Shown here in pieces: positions 46,195 through 55,397 of a stretch of DNA of 64,000 nt. The notes under the pieces were generated by a model. That model worked only from the letters and a program-made list of their open reading frames with translations, made no database searches and was not told the origin of the DNA. The stretch covers positions 10,936 to 74,935 of the forward strand of contig JAZLJH010000024.1 of NCBI GenBank assembly GCA_045617785.1, given 5' to 3'. Numbering within the stretch: the first letter of the stretch is position 1; the number at the start of each line of letters is the position of its first letter. The stretch is from Acutalibacteraceae bacterium (GTDB taxonomy: Bacteria > Bacillota > Clostridia > Oscillospirales > Acutalibacteraceae). The position numbers and the translations under genes were made by a program.

Positions 46195-47478
46195 ATGAAA
46201 GAAATCAATGTTACCGTAATCGGCTCCGGCAGTACCTATTGCCCCGAACTTATCGACGGTTTTATTAAGGCAAGCGACTCGCTCAAGCTTAAAAGAGTTG
46301 CTTTTATGGATATTGATGAGCGCAAGCGCACCATCGTGGGCGGGCTTTGTGTCCGCATGCTCAAAAAGGCGAATATCGACTGCGAAATCGTTATGACCGA
46401 TGACCTCGATTACGCTCTGCAGGGCGCCGACTTCGTTGTTACGCAGATTCGTGTCGGCAAGCTTCCCTGCCGCCATATCGACGAAACCATCCCGCTCAAG
46501 CACGACCTCATCGGGCAGGAAACCACCGGTATCGGCGGCTTCTTCAAGGCTCTGCGCACCATTCCCGTTATGGCGAATATCGCTTCAAGAATCGAAGCGA
46601 TCTGCCCGAACGCGTGGCTCATCAACTTCACCAATCCCTCGGGCATCATTTCCGAGTTCCTTATCAACCACACCAATGTCAAGAGCATCGGTCTTTGCAA
46701 TGTTCCCATCAATATGATTGACGATGTCAAGACCGCCGTCGGTCAGGATGCCGATATCACCTACCTCGGACTTAACCACCTCAGTTGGATAACCTCCGTC
46801 AAGGTCAACGGCGAGGAGCTTTTCGGCAAGCTCTTTGATGACGGCTTCGCACCCTCTGTTATGGCAAATATTGAGGATGACGGATTTGATATCGAATGCC
46901 TCAATGCCTGCAAGGGCTTCCCGTCATCATATTTACAGTATTATTACAACCGCGCAACCAAACTCGCTCACCTCAAAGCAGGCGTTAAGAGCCGCGCTCA
47001 GGTTTGTATGGAAATCGAAGAGCAGCTTCTTGAAATGTATAAGGATGAATCCATCGTTACAAAGCCGGCACTTCTTGACAAGCGCGGCGGTCACAAATAT
47101 TCGCTTGCAGCGGTTTCGCTTATAGACTCCATCGCAAACGACAAGCAGGATGTTCACGTTGTCAACATCAGAAACGACGGTACTCTTGACTTTATGGATG
47201 ACGACGATATCGTAGAAATTCCCGCACGCGTAGGTAAGGACGGTGCAAAGCCCCTGCCTATCGACAAGGTCAACAACCGCCATATCATCAGCCTTATGCG
47301 TACCGTTAAATCTTATGAGAAATATACTGTTGAAGCCGGTATGAAGGGCTCCGATGAGGATGCTCTCAACGCCCTTATGCTTCATCCGCTTTGCGGCGAC
47401 TTCGCACAGGCAAAGGCTTGCTACGAGGAAATGAAGCTTGCTCACAAGCAATATCTGCCGCAGTTTTTCAAAGACTGA
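46195..47478 (+). CDS. glycoside hydrolase family 4 (6-phospho-glucosidase-like, NAD/Mn dependent)
   Basis: VTVIGSGSTYCPELIDGF, GLCNVP and GLNHLSW motifs. Confidence 0.88.
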   Translation: MKEINVTVIGSGSTYCPELIDGFIKASDSLKLKRVAFMDIDERKRTIVGGLCVRMLKKANIDCEIVMTDDLDYALQGADFVVTQIRVGKLPCRHIDETIPLKHDLIGQETTGIGGFFKALRTIPVMANIASRIEAICPNAWLINFTNPSGIISEFLINHTNVKSIGLCNVPINMIDDVKTAVGQDADITYLGLNHLSWITSVKVNGEELFGKLFDDGFAPSVMANIEDDGFDIECLNACKGFPSSYLQYYYNRATKLAHLKAGVKSRAQVCMEIEEQLLEMYKDESIVTKPALLDKRGGHKYSLAAVSLIDSIANDKQDVHVVNIRNDGTLDFMDDDDIVEIPARVGKDGAKPLPIDKVNNRHIISLMRTVKSYEKYTVEAGMKGSDEDALNALMLHPLCGDFAQAKACYEEMKLAHKQYLPQFFKD

Positions 47479-47515
47479 TTGATTTTGCGAACTATATCTG
47501 AAAGGAGTGCCCGAA

Positions 47516-48274
47516 TTGTCGAAGAAAAAGAATAAATCTGCCGATATTTCCGCAGATGCGGTGCAGGACACGGAACTTGAGGAAAACGGAAAAAAGAAAA
47601 GTAATGTTGCCGATGCGGCGTTCAAAAAAAAGGTAACTATTTTCAATGCCTGCCTGCTTCTTGTATTTGCGCTCGGCGTATGCGGTGTTATTTTCTTTGC
47701 GTGGTACAACAATAACAAGGAAAACGGAGACTATAACAAACGCCAGAAAGCGTTTGAAATCGAAAGTAAGGTTGTTTTGGAGCAGCTCGAAAAAATCGAA
47801 GCTGACGGTGGCTCGCACGAGGATAAACGTGCAGTGAAAATCGAACTGACCGATGAAAACTTTTATAATTGGATCGCGCTGCTTGACTCAACTTACAATA
47901 AACAGTCCGATGAAGAAGGTTATGCCGCTTACGGCGGTGCCGAAATACACCTGCAGGGTATGTTTTTAACGCGCGAATACCCCGGCAACAGAATTGTGTA
48001 TTGGGTTTACCGCAACAACGGCAGCGGAGCACAGAACGACCACAGCTACCGCACTCAGCAAAAGGATGCTTCCGGTGAAGTATCTGCCGAAGATATTGCA
48101 AAGATGATACCCATCGAGGTGATTCTGCGTGACGGGCAGGAGGTACCGGAAAACGGCACATGGGTAGATGTTACGGGCGTTGTCGGTCCCGATACATTCA
48201 AAAACCTTTCGGCTGCACGCGATGCCGTGATTACCGTTATGGAAACACCCGGCAAGGCAAATGTTGAGCCCTGA
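47516..48274 (+). CDS. single-pass membrane protein, unknown function
   Basis: TTG 47516 lies 8 nt after AAAGGAG. It has a charged N-terminus, one TM (IFNACLLLVFALGVCGVIFFAWY) and a ~180-aa extracytoplasmic domain. Confidence 0.55.
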   Translation: MSKKKNKSADISADAVQDTELEENGKKKSNVADAAFKKKVTIFNACLLLVFALGVCGVIFFAWYNNNKENGDYNKRQKAFEIESKVVLEQLEKIEADGGSHEDKRAVKIELTDENFYNWIALLDSTYNKQSDEEGYAAYGGAEIHLQGMFLTREYPGNRIVYWVYRNNGSGAQNDHSYRTQQKDASGEVSAEDIAKMIPIEVILRDGQEVPENGTWVDVTGVVGPDTFKNLSAARDAVITVMETPGKANVEP

Positions 48275-48285
48275 TTGATAAAAAA

Positions 48286-48322
48286 GAGGATGTGAAAGCG
48301 TGAGTTTTCACATCCCTTTTTT
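48286..48322 (+). terminator. rho-independent terminator
   Basis: GAGGATGTGAAA-loop-TTTCACATCCC followed by TTTTTTG. Confidence 0.7.
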
Positions 48323-48387
48323 GTATCTTGACGGAAAAATACCGTTATTTTTGTGCAGTATTTTGCGTCGTTTGATAATAAAAATAT

Positions 48388-48416
48388 TTGACTTGTTTAA
48401 GGATTTTGTGTAGAAT
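48388..48416 (+). promoter_or_regulatory. sigma-A promoter (extended -10)
   Basis: TTGACT, 17 nt, TAGAAT preceded by TGTG. Confidence 0.55.
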
Positions 48417-48440
48417 ATACTTATACTATTATAAGGAGGT

Positions 48441-49346
48441 ATGTTTTTGGCTAACTGTCCTAAATGCGGTGAGCATCTTAAACTCACCGACTGGAAGCAG
48501 AAATGCCCCCACTGCGGTACCAATATCGTTATTTACGACCTGCAGGAAAGGCTGATGCAGGATGCCGATAAGGCAGAGGTCCAGTATTACCATTTCCAAA
48601 AAAAGATTGACAGATTAAAGGCTTCGTTCGTTGGTACAAAGCTTTCAATCGTCAGAATCGTCACATCAATAATTCCGCTGCTCGGTTTATTGGTGTCGTG
48701 CTTCAAGATCAATATCGGTGATGTACTTAAAACCGACTTTTCCATTATTGCAATCGTCAACCTTGTCAATGATCTCGGTGACGAAACCGTTGATGCACTT
48801 ATGAAGGTGCTCGGGCTTGATAACGGTATTGATATAGGCAAGCTTCTCGGTATGGAAGGAGTGCTTCCGCTCGTGGTAGCGGCACTCGGGCTTGTTCTTT
48901 CCATAGTTATGCTGCTCGTTCACCTCATACTGCTTATACTTGCCTGCTCGCCCAAGGCGAAGGTAAGGGGCATAATAATCAACGGCATTATGCTGCTTGA
49001 CACGGCAGTGTTCGTAGGTGCTCTTTTCTTCCTGCCGAAGTCCGGCATTATCTCCGGCTCGATCGGCATAGGTGCTTTCCTGTACCTTGCACTTATGATT
49101 GCAAACTCGGTAATCGACTTTATCGTACTTAAAAAGGGTACACCCGTTCATCACAAGCAGTGCTACTGCGGCGGTATTCCCATTGAAGAATACTTCGCAA
49201 TGCTTGACAACGGTGCTACTCACGATGAAATAAGAGCCGAACAGTATAAGAGACTTGCCGAAGAACAGGCAAAGAAAGAGGCTGAAATAGCAGCGAAAGA
49301 GGCTGAAAAAGCCGCTAAAGAAGGGGAGGTGACCTCTAATGGCTAA
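48441..49346 (+). CDS. zinc-ribbon multi-pass membrane protein, unknown function
   Basis: AAGGAGG RBS. It has CPKCGEHL...CPHCGTN at the N-terminus, about 5 predicted TM segments and a Lys/Glu/Ala-rich tail. It overlaps the downstream transporter by 8 nt. Confidence 0.65.
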   Translation: MFLANCPKCGEHLKLTDWKQKCPHCGTNIVIYDLQERLMQDADKAEVQYYHFQKKIDRLKASFVGTKLSIVRIVTSIIPLLGLLVSCFKINIGDVLKTDFSIIAIVNLVNDLGDETVDALMKVLGLDNGIDIGKLLGMEGVLPLVVAALGLVLSIVMLLVHLILLILACSPKAKVRGIIINGIMLLDTAVFVGALFFLPKSGIISGSIGIGAFLYLALMIANSVIDFIVLKKGTPVHHKQCYCGGIPIEEYFAMLDNGATHDEIRAEQYKRLAEEQAKKEAEIAAKEAEKAAKEGEVTSNG

Positions 49347-50859
49347 TGATGTTCAGGATAACGGCGTACGCGAGTACGAGCGCGAGGAGGTCCCCCAGCT
49401 TAACCAAGCCTATATGAACAGACTTTTCTGTTCCACAAAAGAGCGTATCGGCTACATACTTGTTACCGTTTTCGGTGCTATCGGCTTAGGTAAATACGAT
49501 ATCGGCTCCGATATCTGGCTTTACAAAATTTTCGGTATTGAACCCGAAGGACTTGCAAAGGCACAGATCGGTCTCGGTATTTACGATATAATAAATGACC
49601 CGATTTCCGCCGCAATAGTTGATAATATGCGTACCCGTTGGGGCAAGTTCAAGCCGTTCCAGTATCTTTCACTTTTACCCGGTATAGCAATGGGCTTGTT
49701 CGGAATACTTATGCCCATCATCGCTCAGAATGCGGGTCTTGATACCGGCAAAAAGCTTATAATGTATATGGTTTACCTGTATGGTAACGAAACAATAGGT
49801 GCTTTCTTCAGCCCGGGCTCAGGTTACATTAACAATGTTTTTACCCCCAACCCCAATGAAAGAACCTCAATGCTCGTTTCCGCAAAGTTCGTGGGAATGC
49901 TCTTCGAAAAGCTCCCCGCGCAGGTTATGGGTATTCTGTATGACCTTATCGGCAACGGCATTATTAAATCTTCACTTACCAAAACCTTTGTTTCCGCAAG
50001 GTCGGTCGTTTGGGTTCTGGCAATGCTTCCCACAATTTATTGGTACTTTGTAAGTAAAGAGCGTGTTCCGCAGTCAGAAACACCGCCCAACCCCATTAAA
50101 GGTATTCTTTCCGTCTTTAAGAACAGACCGCTTCTTATCTACACCCTCAGCGGACTTATTGACGGCATCAACATCGGCTCGGGCGAAGACCTTTACTACA
50201 ACGATGTTCTTAAATTCAATATGCTGCCCACCATCGGCGGTATTCCCGGTTCACCGGTTTCATACGCTTCCTATGCATTCGTTCCCAAGTTCAGAAAGAG
50301 ATTTTCTACTAAGACTCTCTGGTTCCTGAACAGCGGTTCCATAATCTTCTCCGAAGGCTTCTTCTTCCTTGTAGGTCTTATAGGCGGTAAGAAAAAAGGT
50401 CTTTATCTCAAGAAGATTCCCATGACCATCGCTTTCGGTATCGGTAATATAGTTGAAATGATATTCTATGCTACCAAGGGCATTATCGGCAACGAAATCA
50501 ACTACGAAGTGCTTGACTACTGCGAGTGGAAAAACGGCTTCCGTGTTGAAGCTACCATAACTCTTATTACAGGTTATTTCAATAAGATCAAAGATATCAT
50601 CCTCAGAGTTATCAATGCAAAGCTTCTGCAGACATGGGCAGGCTACCAGATAGGCGAAACAACAGTACAGACCGCCGAAACAAAGTGGCGTCTGTTCCTC
50701 ATCGCTTTCGGTCCACACCTTATCTTCGACCTCATTTCACTCATCCCCATGATATTCTACAATATCGACAAGGATACGCGTGAAAAGATGTACCTTGACC
50801 TTGAAGTTTCCCGTGCAAAGGAAGCGGCAAGAGTTAAGAACGAAGCAGACAATAAGTAA
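49339..50859 (+). CDS. GPH/MFS family glycoside symporter
   Basis: YDIINDPISAAIVDNMRTRWGKFKP GPH signature, polytopic. Confidence 0.8.
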   Translation: MANDVQDNGVREYEREEVPQLNQAYMNRLFCSTKERIGYILVTVFGAIGLGKYDIGSDIWLYKIFGIEPEGLAKAQIGLGIYDIINDPISAAIVDNMRTRWGKFKPFQYLSLLPGIAMGLFGILMPIIAQNAGLDTGKKLIMYMVYLYGNETIGAFFSPGSGYINNVFTPNPNERTSMLVSAKFVGMLFEKLPAQVMGILYDLIGNGIIKSSLTKTFVSARSVVWVLAMLPTIYWYFVSKERVPQSETPPNPIKGILSVFKNRPLLIYTLSGLIDGINIGSGEDLYYNDVLKFNMLPTIGGIPGSPVSYASYAFVPKFRKRFSTKTLWFLNSGSIIFSEGFFFLVGLIGGKKKGLYLKKIPMTIAFGIGNIVEMIFYATKGIIGNEINYEVLDYCEWKNGFRVEATITLITGYFNKIKDIILRVINAKLLQTWAGYQIGETTVQTAETKWRLFLIAFGPHLIFDLISLIPMIFYNIDKDTREKMYLDLEVSRAKEAARVKNEADNK

Positions 50860-50870
50860 TTATCATATTA

Positions 50871-50900
50871 AAAAAGGTTCCTTGCAAAAGGAACCTTTTT
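50871..50900. terminator. bidirectional rho-independent terminator between convergent genes
   Basis: AAAAAGGTTCC-loop-GGAACCTTTTT. Confidence 0.7.
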
Positions 50901-50916
50901 GTTAATGAATAATGAA

Positions 50917-52263
50917 TCAGCTGTTTTTCGCCACGCCACGCTTTAAAACGAAATAACAGATGCATAGTGCAATAAATGTAGTAACCCAGCTTATCGGGTA
51001 ACTCAGATACAAGCAGTTAAGCGTGGGATTAAGCTTGAACACTGTGTAAATCCACACAATTCTTATGCCGCAGGCACCGAGTAATGTAATTATCATCGGC
51101 TGAATTGATTTGCCCATACCGCGTATCTGACCGCCGGAAACATCCATAAGCGAGCAGGTGAAGTATGTTGCCGCCATTATGCGCAGGCGTTCAATTCCTG
51201 CCGCTACAACCTCTTTGTCGTTAGTAAATATACCTATTATCTGCTCTGCAAATACAAGCTCCAAAGCACCGAGTAATACGCCTATTCCGAGCGCAAGTCC
51301 CAAGCACCTGAAATATATTTTATTGAGGTTTTCGGGCTTTTTTGCGCCCGTGTTCTGCGAAGTGAATGTCATAGCCGTCTGCGCTATGGCATTTGTGCAG
51401 GTGTAAATAAATCCGTCGGCATTCTGTGCGGCGGTGTTGCCCGCCATTGTAATCGAGCCGAATGAATTTATCGTCGACTGTATCAGAACATTTGAAAATG
51501 AAAACAAGCTGCCCTGTATTCCCGCAGGAACGCCTATTTTTGCAATAAATGCAAGTTCCTCTTTGTAAATGTGTGTCTTTTTCGGGTAATAGCGGCAGGC
51601 ATCCTCAAGCTTTACAAGCCTTATTACAATAAGAATTGCCGATATTATCTGCGAGGTTATTGTCGCTATGGCAACGCCCGCCACATCAAGCTTGAACACG
51701 ATTACCGAAATAAGGTTGAGTATAACGTTTACCATTCCCGAAAATGCAAGAATGTATAGCGGACGCTTCGTATCGCCGTTCGCTCTTACTATGGCGGCGC
51801 CGAAATTGTAAACGAGTGAGGCAGGCGCGCCTAAAAAGTAAATTTTAAGGTACAGCGTAGCAAGCGGCAAAACATCGGGCGGTGAGCCCATAAGCTTCAG
51901 AAATGTGCCGGAGAAGAAGAACCCGATAAAGCACACGGAGAATCCGCTTATTATGCCGAGAGCCATGGATGTGTGCACGCATTTTGAAACGCGCTCGTTA
52001 TCCCTTGCGCCTATGTGGTGGGCGGTTACAACGCCTGCGCCCGTTGCAAAACCTATAAAAAGGTTGATTATAAGGTTTACAAGCGAGCCGGTGGAGCCTA
52101 CCGCCGCAAGCGATGCACTGCCCGAAAACTTGCCTATTACCATTGAATCAGCCGCGTTGTAAACAAGCTGCAAAACACCCGTCAGCATCAGCGGAAAGGC
52201 GAATGCAAGCATCTTTTTCAAAAACGGCCCCGTGGTCATATCCACGGCTTTGTTTTTACTCAT
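50917..52263 (-). CDS. MATE family efflux transporter
   Basis: 12-TM pattern with the typical N-terminus (FAFPLMLTGVLQLVYNAADSMVIG). ATG 52263 follows a GAGGAG RBS, 10 nt after the upstream stop. Confidence 0.88.
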   Translation of the reverse strand: MSKNKAVDMTTGPFLKKMLAFAFPLMLTGVLQLVYNAADSMVIGKFSGSASLAAVGSTGSLVNLIINLFIGFATGAGVVTAHHIGARDNERVSKCVHTSMALGIISGFSVCFIGFFFSGTFLKLMGSPPDVLPLATLYLKIYFLGAPASLVYNFGAAIVRANGDTKRPLYILAFSGMVNVILNLISVIVFKLDVAGVAIATITSQIISAILIVIRLVKLEDACRYYPKKTHIYKEELAFIAKIGVPAGIQGSLFSFSNVLIQSTINSFGSITMAGNTAAQNADGFIYTCTNAIAQTAMTFTSQNTGAKKPENLNKIYFRCLGLALGIGVLLGALELVFAEQIIGIFTNDKEVVAAGIERLRIMAATYFTCSLMDVSGGQIRGMGKSIQPMIITLLGACGIRIVWIYTVFKLNPTLNCLYLSYPISWVTTFIALCICYFVLKRGVAKNS

Positions 52264-52273
52264 AATACTCCTC

Positions 52274-53422
52274 TTACTTTTTGCCGAAAAGCTTCTTTGC
52301 GGCAATGCCGAGACCTGCGGCAGCCGCCGCGCCTGCCGCGGCATAGGATGCTATGTGCATATTTATGCTCTGTCTGTCTGTAATGCGCTTTTCAATGGGG
52401 CCGAGGCAGTGGCATTCAAGACCGAGTTCTTTGAAGTGATGCACCTTTGATTGTACCTCGCGTGGATTTTCTTCATTAACGGTGGTAATTCTCACAAGGC
52501 AGCGGCAGCCGTCGGTATATGCCCTGAAGCCGCTTGTTTTGTTCTGCCCGAGCATAATACCGTTCACATATCCGGTAAAATCGTTTATATGGTCGTGGCC
52601 GAAGAATGCCGCAACCACATCGCCGGTTTTCTTCCAGCTGTCAAACTGACCGCAGTTTATGCACGGTGTGCACGGACCTTCGCCAAGGTATCCGTCAACG
52701 CCGTCTTTTAGAACATAGTATTTATCATCAAATTTTGCATGACCTTTAACCGCAACGGGGCGTTCCGCGGGTTTTGCCTCGCGCAGCAGCTCATATTCTT
52801 CGTAAACCGGAATGTGCTGAAATACTATTGAGGGGAGCTGCCTGCCGCCGTGCGCGGCACGGATTTCGGCTTCTTTTTTTTCATACCATTCTATCTGGTC
52901 GCGGTGCACCCAGTCATAAACGGAAATGCTTTTGTCATCGCAAAGGTTGTTTGAGTCAAAAAACCACAGGTTGAGCACATCCTCCGTGCCGTCGCTGCTT
53001 TTCACCAAAAGGTTGGTGTTGAAGTTGCCGCGCGGCGCAGTTTCATCGTTTCTGCCTATGCAGGTAGGGAACTGCTCATACGCCTTTACTATTTCATTTT
53101 CAATACCGGTATCGTGCTCGTGATTGCCGAGCACATAGCAGAACGGTATGCCGGACTCAATAACAGGCTTAAGTATTCTGTCGAGCGCCTGCTTATACAG
53201 CTCGGTGGTTCTGTTGTCTCTTATATCGCAGCATGTGTCGCCCATAAGCACGATAAGGTCGGGCTTGAAAGCGAGAATACCCATTTTTACAAGGTTATGC
53301 ATATCCTCGGTGCGCTTGCGGCTGTTGTAGTCGTCGATTTCCGCCGGCTCGTGCAGGTCGCCGAGCGACATAATGGTAAATTTACCGTTGTTGAATTTTA
53401 ACTGTTCCATATTATACCTCAC
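52274..53422 (-). CDS. calcineurin-like metallophosphoesterase with a C-terminal hydrophobic tail
   Basis: GDLH, GDT, GNHEHD and GHDH motifs. The C-terminus is IASYAAAGAAAAAGLGIAAKKLF. Confidence 0.85.
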   Translation of the reverse strand: MRYNMEQLKFNNGKFTIMSLGDLHEPAEIDDYNSRKRTEDMHNLVKMGILAFKPDLIVLMGDTCCDIRDNRTTELYKQALDRILKPVIESGIPFCYVLGNHEHDTGIENEIVKAYEQFPTCIGRNDETAPRGNFNTNLLVKSSDGTEDVLNLWFFDSNNLCDDKSISVYDWVHRDQIEWYEKKEAEIRAAHGGRQLPSIVFQHIPVYEEYELLREAKPAERPVAVKGHAKFDDKYYVLKDGVDGYLGEGPCTPCINCGQFDSWKKTGDVVAAFFGHDHINDFTGYVNGIMLGQNKTSGFRAYTDGCRCLVRITTVNEENPREVQSKVHHFKELGLECHCLGPIEKRITDRQSINMHIASYAAAGAAAAAGLGIAAKKLFGKK

Positions 53423-53423
53423 T

Positions 53424-53454
53424 CAAAAAACAAAGCCGTCCGAACGGACGGCTT
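53424..53454 (-). terminator. rho-independent terminator (minus strand)
   Basis: AAGCCGTC-loop-GACGGCTT with a T-run on the minus strand (A-run 53425-53432 on plus). Confidence 0.6.
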
Positions 53455-53467
53455 CTGTCAGCAAAAA

Positions 53468-53896
53468 TTATTCAGCAGCTTCCTCTGCGGCGGGAGCTTC
53501 TTCTGCGACGGGAGCTTCCTCAGCGGCGGCATCGCCGTTCTGCGCGTTGTAAGCTTCAACAAGCTGGTTGATGTATTTGATTTTGGTGTAGCTGCAAACC
53601 GGGAAGAAGAAAAATCTCCAGATAAGGGCATAAGCACCGCCGTGCTTGAATTCAAGACCGAATTCGGGAGCTTTCTGGAACATTCTTTCAACCATCTGGA
53701 AGTTCCATACAAAGCTGTAGATTGAAAGCGAAACGCAGTCAAGCAGAGCAACAAGAAGGTAGTTTGCGCTGTCGTAGTCATCGCCGTCGCATATTTTGTT
53801 GAGATCCTTGGTCCATTTGTACCAGAACACAATGCCGTAAATACCGAGAGTGATGATTTCAAGGATGAGGTAACGCCAATAATTTCTTTTTTTCAT
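53468..53896 (-). CDS. small membrane protein (DUF4234-like) with an Ala/Glu-rich tail
   Basis: MKKRNYWRYLILEIITLGIYGIVFWY pattern and the C-terminal repeat AEEAPVAEEAPAAEEAAE. The start is placed at ATG 53896. Confidence 0.6.
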   Translation of the reverse strand: MKKRNYWRYLILEIITLGIYGIVFWYKWTKDLNKICDGDDYDSANYLLVALLDCVSLSIYSFVWNFQMVERMFQKAPEFGLEFKHGGAYALIWRFFFFPVCSYTKIKYINQLVEAYNAQNGDAAAEEAPVAEEAPAAEEAAE

Positions 53897-53959
53897 AGGA
53901 AAGCCTCCATTAGAAGATTTTTGCGATAGCAACAGTTACCGCCTTGTATAACCACTTAA

Positions 53960-53988
53960 ATAATACTATAAATGCTGCCGAATGTCAA
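53960..53988 (-). promoter_or_regulatory. sigma-A promoter (minus strand)
   Basis: On the minus strand: TTGACA, 17 nt, TATTAT. Confidence 0.45.
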
Positions 53989-53996
53989 CAATTTTA

Positions 53997-55220
53997 TCAA
54001 TAGAGAGAAAGTTCTTCCTTTTTCTGTTCCGCTTTGTAAAGTTCAAGGCGATTATGTATTTTTTCAGCAGGGCTGAGCAGCTTGCTTATGGAGCAATCGT
54101 GGTTGAGAGTGTCTATAATAAGCGAGCAGTATTTGCTCATGTCGACCTCGAAATACCACTCTCTTTTAAGCAGTTCGGGAGTTCTGTAAACAAGGTTGGT
54201 GGTGAATACGCCGGTAATGATGCCGTCTTCATAAGCCTTGTCAAAATTCTCAAGTCCGTTGCAGAAAAGCCCGAAAGCCGAGCACATGAAAATTCTGTTC
54301 GCTTTAAGCTCTTTGAGCTTTGTAGCGACCTCGATCATTGAGTCGCCGGAGGAGATCATATCGTCTATGATTATGCAATCTCTGCCCTCAACATTGTCGC
54401 CGAGAAATTCGTGGGCAAGTATCGGGTTTCTGCCGTTAACTACTCTTGCATAGTCGCGGCGCTTGTAGAACATACCCAGGTCAACGCCGAGCACCGATGA
54501 ATAGTAAATGCAGCGGCCCATACCGCCCTCATCGGGGGAGATTACCATAAGGTGTTCCTTGTCGATTTTAAGGTCCTTAAAGTTCTTTGTAAGAGCTTTT
54601 ATCATCTGGTAAGTGGGGTGAACATTTTCAAAGCCGTTAAGGGGGATGGCGTTCTGCACTCTGTCATCGTGCGCGTCGAATGTAATGACGTTTTCAACAC
54701 CCATATTGGTGCATATTTCCTGCAAAGCGATTGCGCAGTCGAGCGACTCGCGGCGCGAACGCTTGTGCTGTCTGCCCTCATAGAGCATGGGCATAATAAC
54801 ATTTATGCGCCTTGCCTTACCCTCTATTGCGGAGATGGCTCTTTTAAGGTTTGCAAAGTGGTCATCGGGTGAGTAGGGATACTCGCTGCCGTACATTTTG
54901 TAAGTAACGCCGTGGTTGAAGCAGTCAACGATTATGTAAATATCGTAGCCTCTTATTGTGTCGCGAATTACGCATTTACCTTCACCTGAACCGAATCGTG
55001 TGAAATCGGTGTCGATGATGTAGGTGCTGCGCTGGTAGCCGTAGAAAGCGATTGTTGATTTATGCTCGCTCTCTCTTTCATCGCGCCAGGAAGTGATATA
55101 ATCGTCGATTTTTTTTGCAAGCTCCTCGCAACCGGGAAGAGCGATTATCCCCAAAGGACCAACGGGGATAGTGTTGGGAATACCGAAAGCATCTGCCACG
55201 ACACAAACCTCCAAAACCAT
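53997..55220 (-). CDS. prs: ribose-phosphate diphosphokinase (long form)
   Basis: DAHDDRVQN-type region and the PRPP loop IIIDDMISSGDS. Confidence 0.88.
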   Translation of the reverse strand: MVLEVCVVADAFGIPNTIPVGPLGIIALPGCEELAKKIDDYITSWRDERESEHKSTIAFYGYQRSTYIIDTDFTRFGSGEGKCVIRDTIRGYDIYIIVDCFNHGVTYKMYGSEYPYSPDDHFANLKRAISAIEGKARRINVIMPMLYEGRQHKRSRRESLDCAIALQEICTNMGVENVITFDAHDDRVQNAIPLNGFENVHPTYQMIKALTKNFKDLKIDKEHLMVISPDEGGMGRCIYYSSVLGVDLGMFYKRRDYARVVNGRNPILAHEFLGDNVEGRDCIIIDDMISSGDSMIEVATKLKELKANRIFMCSAFGLFCNGLENFDKAYEDGIITGVFTTNLVYRTPELLKREWYFEVDMSKYCSLIIDTLNHDCSISKLLSPAEKIHNRLELYKAEQKKEELSLY

Positions 55221-55397
55221 ATAAATTTTTTATAAGAACTATAATAATATTTTACACCATTTGAAAATGTTTTCAAGGGTAATCGGCAAAATCGCAAGTG
55301 AAAAAAAGCCGTCGAATAATGCGGTTTTTTTGTGTATTCTCACAAAAACGAAAATCGGCAAAAACGGCAGAGAAAAATGCCGGTTTTACCGATGCTT

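Noticed and set aside
38524-53932. A genomic island, prophage or defence locus in the accessory-looking 38-54 kb stretch.
   Set aside because: I found no integrase, transposase, phage structural gene, restriction-modification, toxin-antitoxin or nuclease/helicase defence signature, and no flanking direct repeats or tRNA. By eye, composition and codon style match the surrounding core genes.
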